Source of the DNA: an uncultured Actinomycetota bacterium
Lineage (GTDB): Bacteria; Actinomycetota; Actinomycetes; JACCUZ01
NCBI GenBank assembly: GCA_963757295.1
Contig: CAVWQZ010000006.1
Coordinates: 142,390 to 206,389 of the forward strand
DNA length: 64,000 nt
Direction of reading: 5' to 3'
Below the pieces are notes generated by a model. It was not told the DNA's origin. It searched no databases and worked only from the letters and a program-made list of their open reading frames with translations. The translations under genes and the position numbers were made by a program. Shown here piece after piece: positions 1 through 10,551 of the stretch (positions within the stretch are counted from its first letter, which is position 1; each line of letters starts with the position of its first letter).

Positions 1-406
1 GAGCAGCAGCATGTCCAGCTCGGGCAGCAGGTCGGCGTGGTCGTCGATCGGGGTGCCCGGCTTGAGCGCCATCCCGGCGCGCGCGCCGAGCCTGCGCAGG
101 TCGCGGGCCAGCGCCGCCGGCGCCGTCGAGGCCTCGACGTGGAACGTGACGCTGCGGGCACCGGCCTCGGCGTAGCCCGGTCCCCACCGGTCGACGTCGG
201 TGATCATCAGGTGGCAGTCCAGCGGCAGCGCGCTGACCTCGGCCAGCCGCTCCACGACCGGGAGCCCGATCGTCAGGTTCGGCACGAAGTGGTTGTCCAT
301 GACGTCGACGTGCACCCAGTCGGCCGCGCTGCTCACGCGAGCCAGCTCGGCCTGCGAGGTTGCTGAAGTCGGCGGACAGGATGCTCGGCGAGATCTGCAC
401 GGACAC
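1..406 (-). CDS. rpe: Ribulose-phosphate 3-epimerase, N-terminal part only (gene continues beyond window start); frame shift near 340-350
   Basis: Reverse translation gives [19 protein letters not shown], then after a frame switch [53 protein letters not shown]...VTFHVEA...[12 protein letters not shown], the classic Rpe signature. GTG start near 406/400. Confidence 0.6.
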   Translation of the reverse strand, partial: MSVQISPSILSADFSNLAGRAGSREQRGRLGARRRHGQPLRAEPDDRAPGRGAAGRGQRAAAGLPPDDHRRRPVGTGLRRGRCPQRHVPRRGLDGAGGAGPRPAQARRARRDGAQAGHPDRRPRRPAARAGHAAA

Positions 407-419
407 GGGCGGAGTCTAG

Positions 420-2001
420 GTGGCGACCTCATCGTGTCGCGGCGTGCGCGACGATGTCCCGGTGACGGTGCCAGAGGCCCGGGCCAAGCGGAGCGACGAG
501 GCGCAGCACGGGTCGGCTGACCGACCGCTTGTCGCCTGGCAGTCCCTGGGCGCGATCAGCGGGTCCGTAGCTGCGGTGCTCGTGGCAACGAGCAGCCGTT
601 ACGGCTACCACCGCGACGAGCTCTATTTCCTCCAGGCTGGCAAGCACCTGTCGTTCGGCTACGTCGACCAGCCGCCGCTCACCCCGCTGCTGGCGCGAGT
701 GGCAACCGAGCTCTTCGGCGACTCCCTGGTCGGGTTGCGGCTGGTTTCCGCGCTAGCGGCCGGGGGCGTGGTGCTGCTTACCGGCCTGATCGCCCGCGAG
801 TTCGGCGGCGGGCGGGGCGCGCAGGCCCTCGCTGCGGGCTGCATGGCCGTATCGGCGTTCCTGCTGGCCGTCGGGCACCTCCTGTCGACCACCACGTTCG
901 ACCTGCTGGCCTGGACGGCCCTCTCCTGGCTGGTGGTCCGCGCGCTCCGGGACGGGGGTCCGGTCTGGGCGGCGGTCGGCGTAGTGGCCGGGATCGCGCT
1001 CCAGAACAAGACGCTCGTGGCCTTCCTCCTCGTTGCCTTGGCGGTCGGCATGCTGGTGGCTGGGCCGCGGGAGCGGCTGCGGAGCCCGTGGCCGTGGGCG
1101 GGCGCGGGCATCGCGCTGGTCCTCTGGATCCCCAACCTGGTCTGGCAGGCAGGGCACGGGTGGCCGCTGGTGGAACTGTCCGAGGCGATCGCCGGCGGCA
1201 GTTCCGGCACCAGCGAGCCCCGGGAGCTGTTCCTCCCCATGCAACTGGTCCTCATCAGTCCGTTCCTGGTGCCGATCTGGGTCGCGGGACTGTGGCGGCT
1301 GGCGCGCAGTCCCGCCCTGCGTGCCTATCGCGCCTTCGCTGTGGCCTACCCGTTGCTCGCGGCGCTGTTCCTGGTGACTGGCGGCAAGCCCTACTACCTG
1401 GCCGGGCTCTACCCGGTGCTGCTCGCCGCGGGGGCAGAGCCGACCCTGCGCTGGTGCCGTGCCGGAGCGTCCCGGATGCGGCCGGTTCTGCTCGGCGCCG
1501 CCGTCGCGCTCAGTGCGCTGGTGGCCGGCATTCTCTTCCTGCCGGTGGTCCCGGCCGACGCGCCTGGGCGCGACGCCGATCGTGGACATCAACTACGACG
1601 CTGGGGAGACCGTCGGCTGGCCGGTGTTCGTCCAGACCGTGGCAGGTGTCCACCGGTCACTGCCGAGTGCCGAACAGGACGACGCGATTGTCCTGACGCG
1701 CAACTATGGCCAGGCCGGGGCGGTGGACCGTTACGGGTCGGAACTCGGACTTCCGCGTGCCTACAGCGGCCACAACAGCTACGCCGAGTGGGGACCGCCG
1801 CCGGAGAGGGCCACCATCGCGATCGTCATCGGCTACGACCGGTCGACCCTGCGCACCTGGTTCGGCTCCGTCGAGGAGGTCGCGCGGATCGACAACGGGC
1901 TGGACCTGGAGAACGACGAGCAGGACACGCCGATCTGGCTCTGCCGCGACCGGCTGGCCCCGTGGTCGCAGATCTGGCCCGACGTGCGGCACCTCGGTTG
2001 A
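420..2001 (+). CDS. Glycosyltransferase family 39 (PMT/ArnT-like) polytopic membrane protein; frame shift near 1560
   Basis: Motif [42 protein letters not shown], many TM segments. C-terminal soluble domain ([23 protein letters not shown]...[12 protein letters not shown]) continues in the +1 frame (ORF 1459..2001). Start uncertain: only 14 nt from the divergent rpe start. Confidence 0.7.
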
Positions 2002-2029
2002 CCGGCGTCGAGCGGTCGCGTCCGGCAGC

Positions 2030-3159
2030 CTAGGCGGGCGAGGCGAGCCGGCTGATCACCGCCCGGACGTCGTCGGGTGACCAGTCCATCGTGTTCTCCT
2101 GCACGGACAGCTCGATCACGCGCCAGCGCGGCGACTCGGACGGCCCGCTGCGGAACGGCACCGCCCACCCGCGCTCGGTCGCCAGCTCGAGCGCGGCGCG
2201 CAGCACGCCGTCGTGGTCGGTGTGCAGGCGCACGTGCAGCATCGGCGACTGCGGCGGGTCGACGACGACCTCGACGCCGGGCAGGTCGCGGATCGCATCG
2301 GCGATCTCCCGGGTCTTCTGCAGGTACGCCGACATCCGGGGCAGCCGCGTGCGCAACCCGTGCAGCGCTGCGGCTGCATAGGGCCACATCGCGGCGAGCG
2401 TGCCGCCGTGCCGGCGCCGCCACACCGCCGCCTCGGCGATGACGTCGGCCGGGCCGGCCAGGCACGCGCCGGCGATGCCGCCGAGCCCCTTGTAGAACGA
2501 GACGTAGACGGTGTCGAAGAGCGCGGCCACCTCGGCCGGCGTACGGCCGTAGTAGGGCGCGGACTCCCAGAGCCGGGCCCCGTCGAGGTGCACGGCGACG
2601 CCACGATCGCGGGCCCACGCCGGTCTGCGCGCCCAGCTCGTCCCACTCGGGCAGCGACCCGCCGATCTCGCGCTGCGGCAGCTCGAGGAGCAGCGCCGCG
2701 AGCGGTTCGTCGACGTCCTCGAGGTCGGCCATCGTCAACGGGGCCCGGGAGTCGCCGACCGGCCGTGCGATCAGGCCGTGCAGGTGCGCGTAGCCGTGCT
2801 CCTCGTGCAGCTCGACGTGCGACGTGGGGTGGTAGGCGACCGTGCGGCAGTTGCTGCGGTCGGCCCAGATGCGCAGCACGATCTGCTGGGCCATCGTCCC
2901 GCTGGGCAGGAACATCGCCGCCGGCTTGCCCAGCACCGTGGCCGTCTCCGCCTCCAGCTCGGCGACCACACCGCCGTCGCCGTAGCGGTCGGACTCCGCC
3001 TCGGCCGGCACGACCTCGAGCAGCTCCTCGAGCGCCTCCCGCGGTGGGACCGGGCGGTAGCCGAGCCACCGGGTGCACGCCTTGCGGGCGGCCAGGAGCT
3101 GCGCCTCCAGGGTCGTCGCCGTGCTCGCCGGTCTCGGCGTCCTCGCTCGCGTCGCTCAT
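2030..3159 (-). CDS. ltaE: Threonine aldolase family protein (low-specificity L-threonine aldolase-like); at least 2 frame shifts (near 2600-2625 and near 3100)
   Basis: N-part YGDGGVVAELEAETATVLGKPAAMFLPSGTMAQQ. C-part (ORF 2030..2593) VAVHLDGARLWESAPYYGRTPAEVAALFDTVYVSFYKGLGG lies in another frame. Confidence 0.65.
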
Positions 3160-3198
3160 GCGCTGGGACGTTACCGTCCAGGTGACCGAGTGAGGGGG

Positions 3199-3613
3199 AG
3201 ACGAGACATGACCGACGCGTCCCAGGTCACCGAGATGCGGCTGGTGGTCACCACCGACGACTACGAGCGGGCCCTGCACTTCTACCGCGACCTGCTCGGG
3301 CTGCGCGAGGTCGCGGCGTTCACCGCGGACGGCGGCCACGTGACGATCCTGGAGGCGGGCCGGGCCACCCTCGAGCTGGCCGACCCGGCGCACGCCGCGT
3401 ACGTCGACCGGGTCGAGGTCGGCCGCCGCGTCGCCGGTCACATCCGGGTGGCGTTCGGAGTCGAGGACGCCGCGGTCGCGACCGAGCGCCTGCGCGCAGG
3501 CCGGCACCGAGGTCATCGCTCCCCCGACGGTCACCCCGTGGGGCTCGTCCAACGCCCGGCTCGCGGGCGCGGCCGGGCTCCAGCTCACGCTGTTCAGCGG
3601 GGACGACGTCTAA
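3199..3613 (+). CDS. VOC (glyoxalase/bleomycin-resistance) family protein; frame shift near 3495
   Basis: MTDASQVTEMRLVVTTDDYERALHFYRDLLGLREV...ILEAGRATLELAD. C-terminus AGTEVIAPPTVTPWGSSNARLAGAAGLQLTLFSGDDV* is only recovered in the +1 frame. RBS GAGGGGGAGACGAGAC before the ATG. Confidence 0.6.
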
Positions 3614-3989
3614 CTGCCGTCGATCGGGAGGTGCCCACCCGGGGCGCGGGATCAGGCAGAACGGGTGCCCGGCCGGGTCGGCGTAGACGTGGTCGCCACC
3701 GGCCAGCCGGCGGGCGCCCAGCGCCAGCACCTTCGGCGCCGCGGCGTGCGAGGTCGTCGACCATCACGTCGAGGTGCATCTGCTGGGGGTGCGCGGGGTC
3801 CGGCCACTGCGGCGCGCGGTGGTCGGGCGCGAGCTGGAACGCGAACCCCGACGTCGTGTCGTCGCGCGCGACCACGACGAAGTCGTCGGACCGGTAGGTC
3901 ACCGGCAGCCCCAGCAGCTCGGAGTAGAACCCGGCCAGCGCCTGCGGGTCGGGGCAGTCGATGATGACGTGGTGGGCTCGACCGATCAT
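3610..3989 (-). CDS. VOC (glyoxalase) family protein, convergent with the previous gene; frame-shifted
   Basis: MIGRAHHVIIDCPDPQALAGFYSELLGLPVTYRSDDFVVVARDDTTSGFAFQLAPDHRAPQWPDPAHPQQMHLDVMVDDL, then C-part VLALGARRLAGGDHVYADPAGHPFCLIPRPGW in a second frame. Confidence 0.5.
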
Positions 3990-4532
3990 GGCGCTGATCC
4001 TCGCACCGGACTCACGTTCGAGGAGGTCGACCCGGCGGCCGCGCTCGACCCGGGGCTGCGCTCCGACCTCCTGGAGACCTGGGTTGCCGTGACCGACGCC
4101 GGGGGCAGCGTCGGGTTCACCGCGCCCGCGCCGGTGCCGGCGATCACCGCGACGCTGGACGCATCCCTGGCCCGGGTCGCTGCCGGTGAGGACGCGCTCG
4201 GGGTCCTCCGCGACGGGCGGCGAGCGGTGGGGCTGGGGCTGCTCGTCGCCGGTCCAGGCGTCCTGACCCGGCACTGGCGCACCGTCCTGCGGGTGATGGT
4301 CCACCCCGACCACCAGGGCAACGGCGCCGGGCTGCTGCTCATGGGCGGACTGCATCAGGTGGCGCAGCGGCTCGGGCTGGAACAGCTGCAGCTGACCGTG
4401 CGCGGCGGCGAGGGACTGGAACGGTTCTACGAGCGGCTGGGCTACACCGTCGTGGGACGCCATCCCGGCGCGGTCCGGGTCTCCCCCGGTGACGACCGCG
4501 ACGAGATCATGCTCGTCTGTCAGCTCCACTGA
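3988..4532 (+). CDS. GNAT family N-acetyltransferase (start ambiguous: ATG 3988 with early frame shift, or GTG 3972)
   Basis: LTFEEVDPAAALDPGLRSDLLETWVAVTDAGGSVGF...MVHPDHQGNGAGLLLMGGLHQVAQRLGLEQLQLTVRGGEGLERFYERLGYTVVG, acetyl-CoA-binding Q/RxxGxG/A core. Confidence 0.6.
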
Positions 4533-4548
4533 CGAGAGGGGCAGCGAC

Positions 4549-4987
4549 GTGCCGGCATCCCCGCACGGGCTGAAGCCGCGCGAGCGCATCGACGCGGAGT
4601 GCGACCGGCGCGGCAAGGACGCGGTCGTGGCCGGCTGCATCGCGCTGCTCGAGGGCCGCGAGGCCGACGGCGAGCTGATCGTGGCGCTCGGCGGGCCCGC
4701 GGCGCTCTGGGCGGTCGGCGGCGGTGTCGAGGGGCCGCGCTACTGGCGCCGGGTCTGGGCCGCCCGCGGCCTGCTCTGGGCCTGGGACGACAGCGCCCTG
4801 CCGGCCATCGTCACGGCGTCTGGGCGACGACGCCTGGCGGGTGCGCGAGATGGCCGCCAAGGTCGTGGCCCGGCACCGGCTCGGTGACGCGCTGCCGATC
4901 GTCGCCGACCTCCGGGACGACCCGACGGCGCGGGTGCGCGCGGCCGCGTCCCGCGCCGTGGTGCTGCTCACCGCGGCCGGCGCGTAG
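4549..4987 (+). CDS. HEAT-repeat domain protein (DNA-alkylation-repair-like helical repeat); frame shift near 4805
   Basis: GTG start after SD GAGAGGGG. GKDAVVAGCIALLEGREADGELIVALGGPAALWAV...ARGLLWAWDDSALPAIVTA, then second frame LGDDAWRVREMAAKVVARHRLGDALPIVADLRDDPTARVRAAASRAVVLL. Confidence 0.5.
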
Positions 4988-4992
4988 TCCCG

Positions 4993-6379
4993 TCAGCTGC
5001 GCCGCAGCAGAGCCAGGTACATCGCGTCGGTGCCGTGCCGGTGCGGCCACAGCTGCACGTCCGGGCCGTCCCCCAGGTCGGGCATCGCCGGGAGCGACGC
5101 CCGCGCGTCGAGCTGCTCCACCGGCACCGGCCCGCGGAGCGCGTCACCCACGACGGCCCGGGTCTCGGCCAGGTGCGGCGAGCAGGTGACGTAGGCGACC
5201 ACGCCACCCGGGCGGACGGCCTCCAGCGCCGACGCGAGCAGCGATCGCTGCAGCGCGGACGAGCGGAGCGACGTCCTCCGCCGTACGACGCCACCGTGCC
5301 TCCGGCCGCCGCCGCAGCGCCCCCAACCCGGTGCAGGGAGCATCGACGAGCACCCGGTCGAACGCGCCCGCCTGCCAGGCCGGGGCCCGGCCGTCCGCCA
5401 CCACGACATCGGCGTCGTCGCCGACAGCGCGCCGCGTCAGCCGAGCCCGATGCGGCGCCAGCTCTGCTGCGACGAGACGTCCGCCCCGCTCCCGCGCCAG
5501 CGCGCCGAGCAACGCCGCCTTGCCGCCCGGCCCGGCGCACAGGTCGAGCCACCGCTGGTCCGAACCCTCGATGGGAGCCGCCGCCAACGCCAGCGCGACC
5601 AGCTGGCTGCCCTCGTCCTGCACACCGGCCCGGCCCTCCCGCACCGCCGGGATGGCACCGGGCTCGCCGCCAGGCAGCGTCGCCGCGTAGGGCGACCACC
5701 GGCCGGGCACCGCCCCGGCGGCGATCAGCTCGGCCACCTCGGCGCGACCCGGTCGAGCGACCAGGCTCACCGCCGGCGCCACGTTGTCGGCGGCGAGCAG
5801 CGCGGCCGTCTCCTCGAGCGAGCCGCCCAGCGCGTCCCGGACGGCGGAGACCACCCAGCGCGGGTGCGAGTGCGCGACGGCGAGATGCCCGACCGGGTCC
5901 ACGTCGTACGCCGGGGCGAGCTCGTTCACCCACGACGCCAGGTCGCTGGCACCCACCCGGCGCAGCACCGCGTTCACGAACTTCGCCCGGCCGTCGCCGA
6001 GCACCGCGCGGGCCAGCTCCACCGTCGCCGACACCGCGGCGTGCGAGGGCACCCGCATCGCGAGCAGCTGGTGGGCGCCCAGCCGGAGGACGTCGCGCAC
6101 CGGCTCGTCCACCTGGTCGAGCGGCCGGTCCACGCACGCGGCCAGCACCACGTCGTACGTGCCCTGCCCGCGCAACGTGCCGTAGGTGAGCTCGGTGGCG
6201 AACGCCGCGTCGCGTCCCTCGATGCCGCGGCTGGTGAGCAGCTCGGGCAGCACCAGGTTGGCGTAGGCGTCGCGCTCGGCCACGGCGCGCAGCACGTCGA
6301 ACGCTGCCCGCCGCGCGGCGTCCGGCTGCGGGCGGCGGTAGGGCTTGGCCGCCCGGCGCGGGCCGCCCTGGGTCGACAT
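4993..6379 (-). CDS. rsmB: 16S rRNA (cytosine967-C5)-methyltransferase RsmB/Sun; frame shift near 5290
   Basis: NusB-like N-domain RAAFDVLRAVAERDAYANLVLPELL, MTase core DLCAGPGGKAALLGALA...DAPCTGLGALRRRPEARWRR. C-terminus LQRSLLASALEAVRPGGVVAYVTCSPHLAETRAVV in ORF 4993..5409. Confidence 0.75.
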
Positions 6380-7311
6380 CAGTGCAGCCGCGCGCCGTCG
6401 AGGTCACGCACGCCGCGCGCCCAGTCCGCGGCCGCCATCGGACGCTTGCCGGCCGGGCGCACCTCGCCGAGCTCGACGGCGCGCCCGTCGCCGGCACCCA
6501 CCAGCACGCGCGCCTTCTCCACCCGCACCTCGCCCGGCGCCAGCGCGGTCTCCCCGGCGGGGCTGACCGGGCCGAGACCGAGCCGCTCCTCGCCGACCGT
6601 GGTCCAGGCCCCGGGGGCGGGGGTGCACGCGCGCACCAGCCGGTCGACGTGCTGGGCCGGGCTGGTCCAGTCGACCCGCGCGTCGCCGGTGCCGAGCTTG
6701 GGCGCGAGCGAGACGCCGTCGGCCGGCTGCGGCACCCCCACCACGTCGCCGCTCTCGATGCCGTCGAGGGTGGCCACCAGCAGCCCCGCGCCCGCTCGCG
6801 CGAGCCGGTCGAGCAGGTCTCCGCTGGTGTCGGAGGCGCGGACCGGCTCGGTCAGCGTGCCGAACACCGGCCCGGTGTCCAGCCCCTCCTCCAGCAGGAA
6901 GGTCGTGGCGCCGGTGAGGTCGTCGCCGTGCAGGATCGCGTGCTGCACGGGGGCGGCGCCGCGCCAGGCGGGCAGCAGCGAGAAGTGCAGGTTGACCCAG
7001 CCGTGCCGCGGGATGCCCAGCGCCGCGGGCGGGACCAGCGCGCCGTAGGCCACCACCGGGATGCTGTCCGGCGCCAGCTCGCGCAGGCGGTCGAGGAACC
7101 CGGGGTCACGTGGGGTCGGCGGCTTGAGCACCTCGAGACCGTCGCGCTCGGCGCGGACCGCCACGGGTGAGGGGGCGAGGCGCCGGCCGCGGCCCGCCGG
7201 TGCGTCCGGCCGGGTCACCACCGCGACGACGTCGTGACGGGAGGCCAGCAGTGCCTCCAGCGACGGCACGGCGACCTCGGGGGTCCCGGCGAAGACGAGC
7301 CGCACGCGACC
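6379..7311 (-). CDS. fmt: Methionyl-tRNA formyltransferase
   Basis: [43 protein letters not shown]...[35 protein letters not shown] start. Confidence 0.85.
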   Translation of the reverse strand, partial: GRVRLVFAGTPEVAVPSLEALLASRHDVVAVVTRPDAPAGRGRRLAPSPVAVRAERDGLEVLKPPTPRDPGFLDRLRELAPDSIPVVAYGALVPPAALGIPRHGWVNLHFSLLPAWRGAAPVQHAILHGDDLTGATTFLLEEGLDTGPVFGTLTEPVRASDTSGDLLDRLARAGAGLLVATLDGIESGDVVGVPQPADGVSLAPKLGTGDARVDWTSPAQHVDRLVRACTPAPGAWTTVGEERLGLGPVSPAGETALAPGEVRVEKARVLVGAGDGRAVELGEVRPAGKRPMAAADWARGVRDLDGARLH

Positions 7312-7865
7312 CGCCCCGCTACAGCGCTCGCCCGTGCAGGGCGTGCGGGGACACGCGTACGTCGGGCGCTGGCCTGCCCGGACCACTCGGCCTCGCGGAT
7401 CGCCCGCATGGCGAGCTTGCGCTGCTCGCGGTCCAGCCGGTCGATGAACAGGATCCCGTCGAGGTGGTCGGTCTCGTGCTGGACGCAGCGGGCGAGCAGC
7501 TCGCTGCCCTCCAGGGTGACCGGCTCGCCGTGCATGTTCATGCCCGTCGCGACCACCCGGATCGCCCGCTTGGTCGGGAACGCGAGACCGGGGAAGGACA
7601 GGCAGCCCTCCTCGCCCTCCTCCTCCTCGGTGGACAGGTCGAGCGAGGGGTTGATGAGGTGCCCGAGCGTGTCGTCGACGTAGTAGGTGAAGACCCGCAG
7701 GCTGACCCCGATCTGCGGCGCGGCCAGACCGACGCCCGGCGCATCCATCATCGTCTCGGCGAGGTCGCGCACGAGCGTGCGCAGCTCCTTGTCGAAGTCG
7801 CGCACCGGGTCGGCGGGCGTGCGCAGCACCGGGTCGCCGAAGAGCCGGATGGGCTGGACGGGCAC
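7215..7865 (-). CDS. def: Peptide deformylase (3' end uncertain; ORF as printed runs ~90 nt into fmt, suggesting an indel near 7320-7400)
   Basis: [21 protein letters not shown]...[16 protein letters not shown]...EGCLSFPG...[16 protein letters not shown] (three Def motifs). Confidence 0.7.
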   Translation of the reverse strand: MPVQPIRLFGDPVLRTPADPVRDFDKELRTLVRDLAETMMDAPGVGLAAPQIGVSLRVFTYYVDDTLGHLINPSLDLSTEEEEGEEGCLSFPGLAFPTKRAIRVVATGMNMHGEPVTLEGSELLARCVQHETDHLDGILFIDRLDREQRKLAMRAIREAEWSGQASARRTRVPARPARASAVAGRVACGSSSPGPPRSPCRRWRHCWPPVTTSSRW

Positions 7866-7981
7866 AGACGCTCCCTCTGATCCGGGTGACGGGGACGTGA
7901 ACAGTCTACGGACGCCGAAATCGGGGGTTCCCAACCGCGGCTGGTGCGGTCAGATGGGGTCGAACCCACCGGAGGATCGCC

Positions 7982-9252
7982 ATGACTGCTCGACGACCGC
8001 CGTCCCGCTGGCTGCGGGCGCGGCCCCGCCGTGCTGGCCACGCTCGCCGGCCTGACCGCCGCCGCTCCGCTGGCGGTGGCATCGCCGCCCGGCAACACGG
8101 TGCGCTTCGCGACGTACAACGCGTCGCTCAACCGCAACGTCGCGGGCCAGTTGATCCAGGACCTCGCCACGCCGAGCAACGCCCAGGCGGCGAACGTCGC
8201 GGAGGTCATCCAGCGGGAGCGCCCGGACGTGCTGCTGATCAACGAGTTCGACTTCGACGCCGGCGGGCGTGGCCCTGGCGCGCTTCCAGGACAACTACCT
8301 GTCGGTGCCGCACAACGGCGCGGCCGCCGATCGACTACCCCTACGCGTTCACCGCGCCGTCCAACACCGGGATCGCCGTCCGGCTTCGACCTGAACAACA
8401 ACGGCGGAGTGGTCACGACGCCGGGGCCCTGGCTACGGCGACGACGCCCTCGGCTTCGGCGCTTCCCGGGCCAGTTCGGGATGGCGGTCTACTCGATGTA
8501 CCCGATCGACCGACGCGGCGATCCGCACGTTCCAGAACTTCCAGTGGAAGGACATGCCGGGCACTACCCGAGATGCCGCCCCGGTGGACTGGTACTCCGC
8601 GGAGGAGCAGGCCATGCTGCCCGTGTCGTCCAAGAGCCACTGGGACCTGCCGATCCAGATCGGCAAGCGCACCGTGCACTTCCTGGTCAGCCACCCGACG
8701 CCGCCGGTGTTCGACGGCGCCGAGGACCGCAACGGCCGGCGCAACTTCGACGAGATCCGGCTGTGGGCCGACTACATCACGCCGGGCGCGGGCGGCTACA
8801 TCTACGACGACGCGGGCGGCGCGCGGCGGCCTGGCGCCGGGCGAGTCGTTCGTGATCGCCGGCGACCAGAACTCCGACCCGCTCGACGGCGACAGCATCC
8901 CGGGCTCGATCCAGCAGCTGATCGACAACCCGCGGCGTCAACACGTCGCACACGCCGGAGAGCGCCGGTGCCGCCGAGGCGTCGGCGCTGCAGGGCGGGG
9001 CCAACCTGACGCACCGCTCCGACCCGAGGTTCGACACGGCGGACTTCGCCGACTCCGCACCCGGGCAACCTGCGCGCGGACTACGTGCTGCCGAGCAGCG
9101 ACCTGCGGATCTGGGACTCGGGGGTGTTCTGGCCGGTCCAGGCCGACCCGCTGTTCCGGCTGACCGGCCGTCTTCCCGGCTTCCCGACCTCGGACCACCG
9201 CTCGGTCTGGGTCGACGTCAAGGTGCCGGGCGCCAGCTCGCCGGCGCGCTGA
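7982..9252 (+). CDS. Secreted endonuclease/exonuclease/phosphatase (EEP) family protein; at least 5 frame shifts
   Basis: Signal-peptide-like [105 protein letters not shown], ...[17 protein letters not shown]. Pieces are spread over three frames. Confidence 0.55.
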
Positions 9253-9260
9253 GCCGCGCC

Positions 9261-9917
9261 ATGGCGGACATCGTCGATCCCCGCATCGAGGAGTACGCCG
9301 TGGCGCACTCCACCCCGGAGCCGGCGCTCTTCGCCGACCTCGCCGCGGAGACCCGGACGTCGACCAGCGCGCCGAACATGATGGTGGGCACGCTGGAGGG
9401 CCGGTTCCTGTCGTTCCTCGTGACGATGCTGCGCCCGCAGCTGGTGCTCGAGATCGGCACGTTCACCGGCTACTCCGCGCTGTCCATGGCGGAGGCACTC
9501 CCACCCGGGGGCCGGATCGTGACGTGCGACATCAGCGAGGACCACGTGGCCATCGCCCGTCGCCACATCGACGCCTCGCCGCACCGCGACCAGATCGACA
9601 TCAGGGTCGGTCCGGCGATCGACACGCTGAAGAGCCTGGACGGACCGTTCGACCTGGCGTTCATCGACGCCGACAAGACCGGCTACCTCGACTACTACGA
9701 GGCGATCGTGCCGAAGCTGGCTCCGGGCGGTGTGATCGCCGTGGACAACGTGCTGTGGAGCGGGCGGGTGCTCGACGACGCCCCGGCCGACGAGGTCGAC
9801 GAGTCGACGCGCGCACTGCGCGAGTTCAACGACCACGTCGTGGCCGACGAGCGGGTCGAGTGCGTGATGCTGCCGCTGCGCGACGGCGTCACGCTGGTTC
9901 GGCTCCGGGCGGGCTGA
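9261..9917 (+). CDS. Class I SAM-dependent O-methyltransferase (family 3, caffeoyl-CoA OMT-like)
   Basis: LVLEIGTFTGYSALSMAEALPPGGRIVTCDISEDHVAIARRHI...FDLAFIDADKTGYLDYYE...GGVIAVDNVLWSGRV. Intact 218 aa. Confidence 0.8.
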   Translation: MADIVDPRIEEYAVAHSTPEPALFADLAAETRTSTSAPNMMVGTLEGRFLSFLVTMLRPQLVLEIGTFTGYSALSMAEALPPGGRIVTCDISEDHVAIARRHIDASPHRDQIDIRVGPAIDTLKSLDGPFDLAFIDADKTGYLDYYEAIVPKLAPGGVIAVDNVLWSGRVLDDAPADEVDESTRALREFNDHVVADERVECVMLPLRDGVTLVRLRAG

Positions 9918-10542
9918 GCGGGCGCGCGGCGGCAGGAGGCCGACCTGGACGAGCTGCTCGCGCAGCCGGCCGGGGCTCTCGTAGTGGATGGTGACGAGAC
10001 CGGCCGCCCGGGCCGCGGCGATGTTGGCCGGCGAGTCGTCGATGAAGACCGTGTGGGCAGCATCGAGCCGGTGACGTTCGAGCAGGATCGCGAAGATCCG
10101 CGGGTCGGGCTTGGTCACCTGCTCCTCCCCGGAGACGACGATGCCGTCGAACAGGTCGAGGAAGGCGTACTCGCGGCGCGCCACCTGGAACGTCTCGGCC
10201 GACCAGTTGCTCAGCGCCAGCAGCGGCACCCCGGCGGCGTGCAGCTCCTCGAGGATGGCGACGGTGCCGGTGATCGGCCCACCGAGGGTGTCGACGAACC
10301 GCTTCGGGTAGGCCTCGATCAGCTCGCGGCGGTGCGGGTGCAGCGCCGCGTGCGCGGCGACCGCGTCGGCCCAGCTCCGGCCGGCATCCTGCGCGTGGTT
10401 CCACGCCGCGAAGCCGATCTCGTCGAGGAACGCATCGACCTCGTCCTCGGGCATCAGCCGGCGGTAGAGGTAGCGCGGGTCCCAGTCGATCAGGACCCCG
10501 CCGAGGTCGAACACCACCGTGTCGATGCCGTCGATGCGCATG
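9890..10542 (-). CDS. HAD-superfamily hydrolase (subfamily IA); 3' end uncertain
   Basis: MRIDGIDTVVFDLGGVLIDWDPRYL...LLALSNWSAETF...KPDPRIFAILLERHRLDAAHTVFIDDSPANIAAARAAGL. Confidence 0.65.
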
Positions 10543-10551
10543 CGTCGATGC

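Noticed and set aside
4968-6497. Long Arg/Pro/Gly-rich ORFs on the strand opposite to conserved genes (e.g. 4968..6497, 5035..6189, 5450..7048, 19909..20943, 22364..25225, 28367..29428, 29930..31369, 31111..32805, 53411..54556, 55119..56108)
   Set aside because: They are shadow ORFs, expected at 72% GC because stop codons are rare in all frames. Their composition (RRPG-rich) is the out-of-frame or antisense signature of the real genes they overlap.
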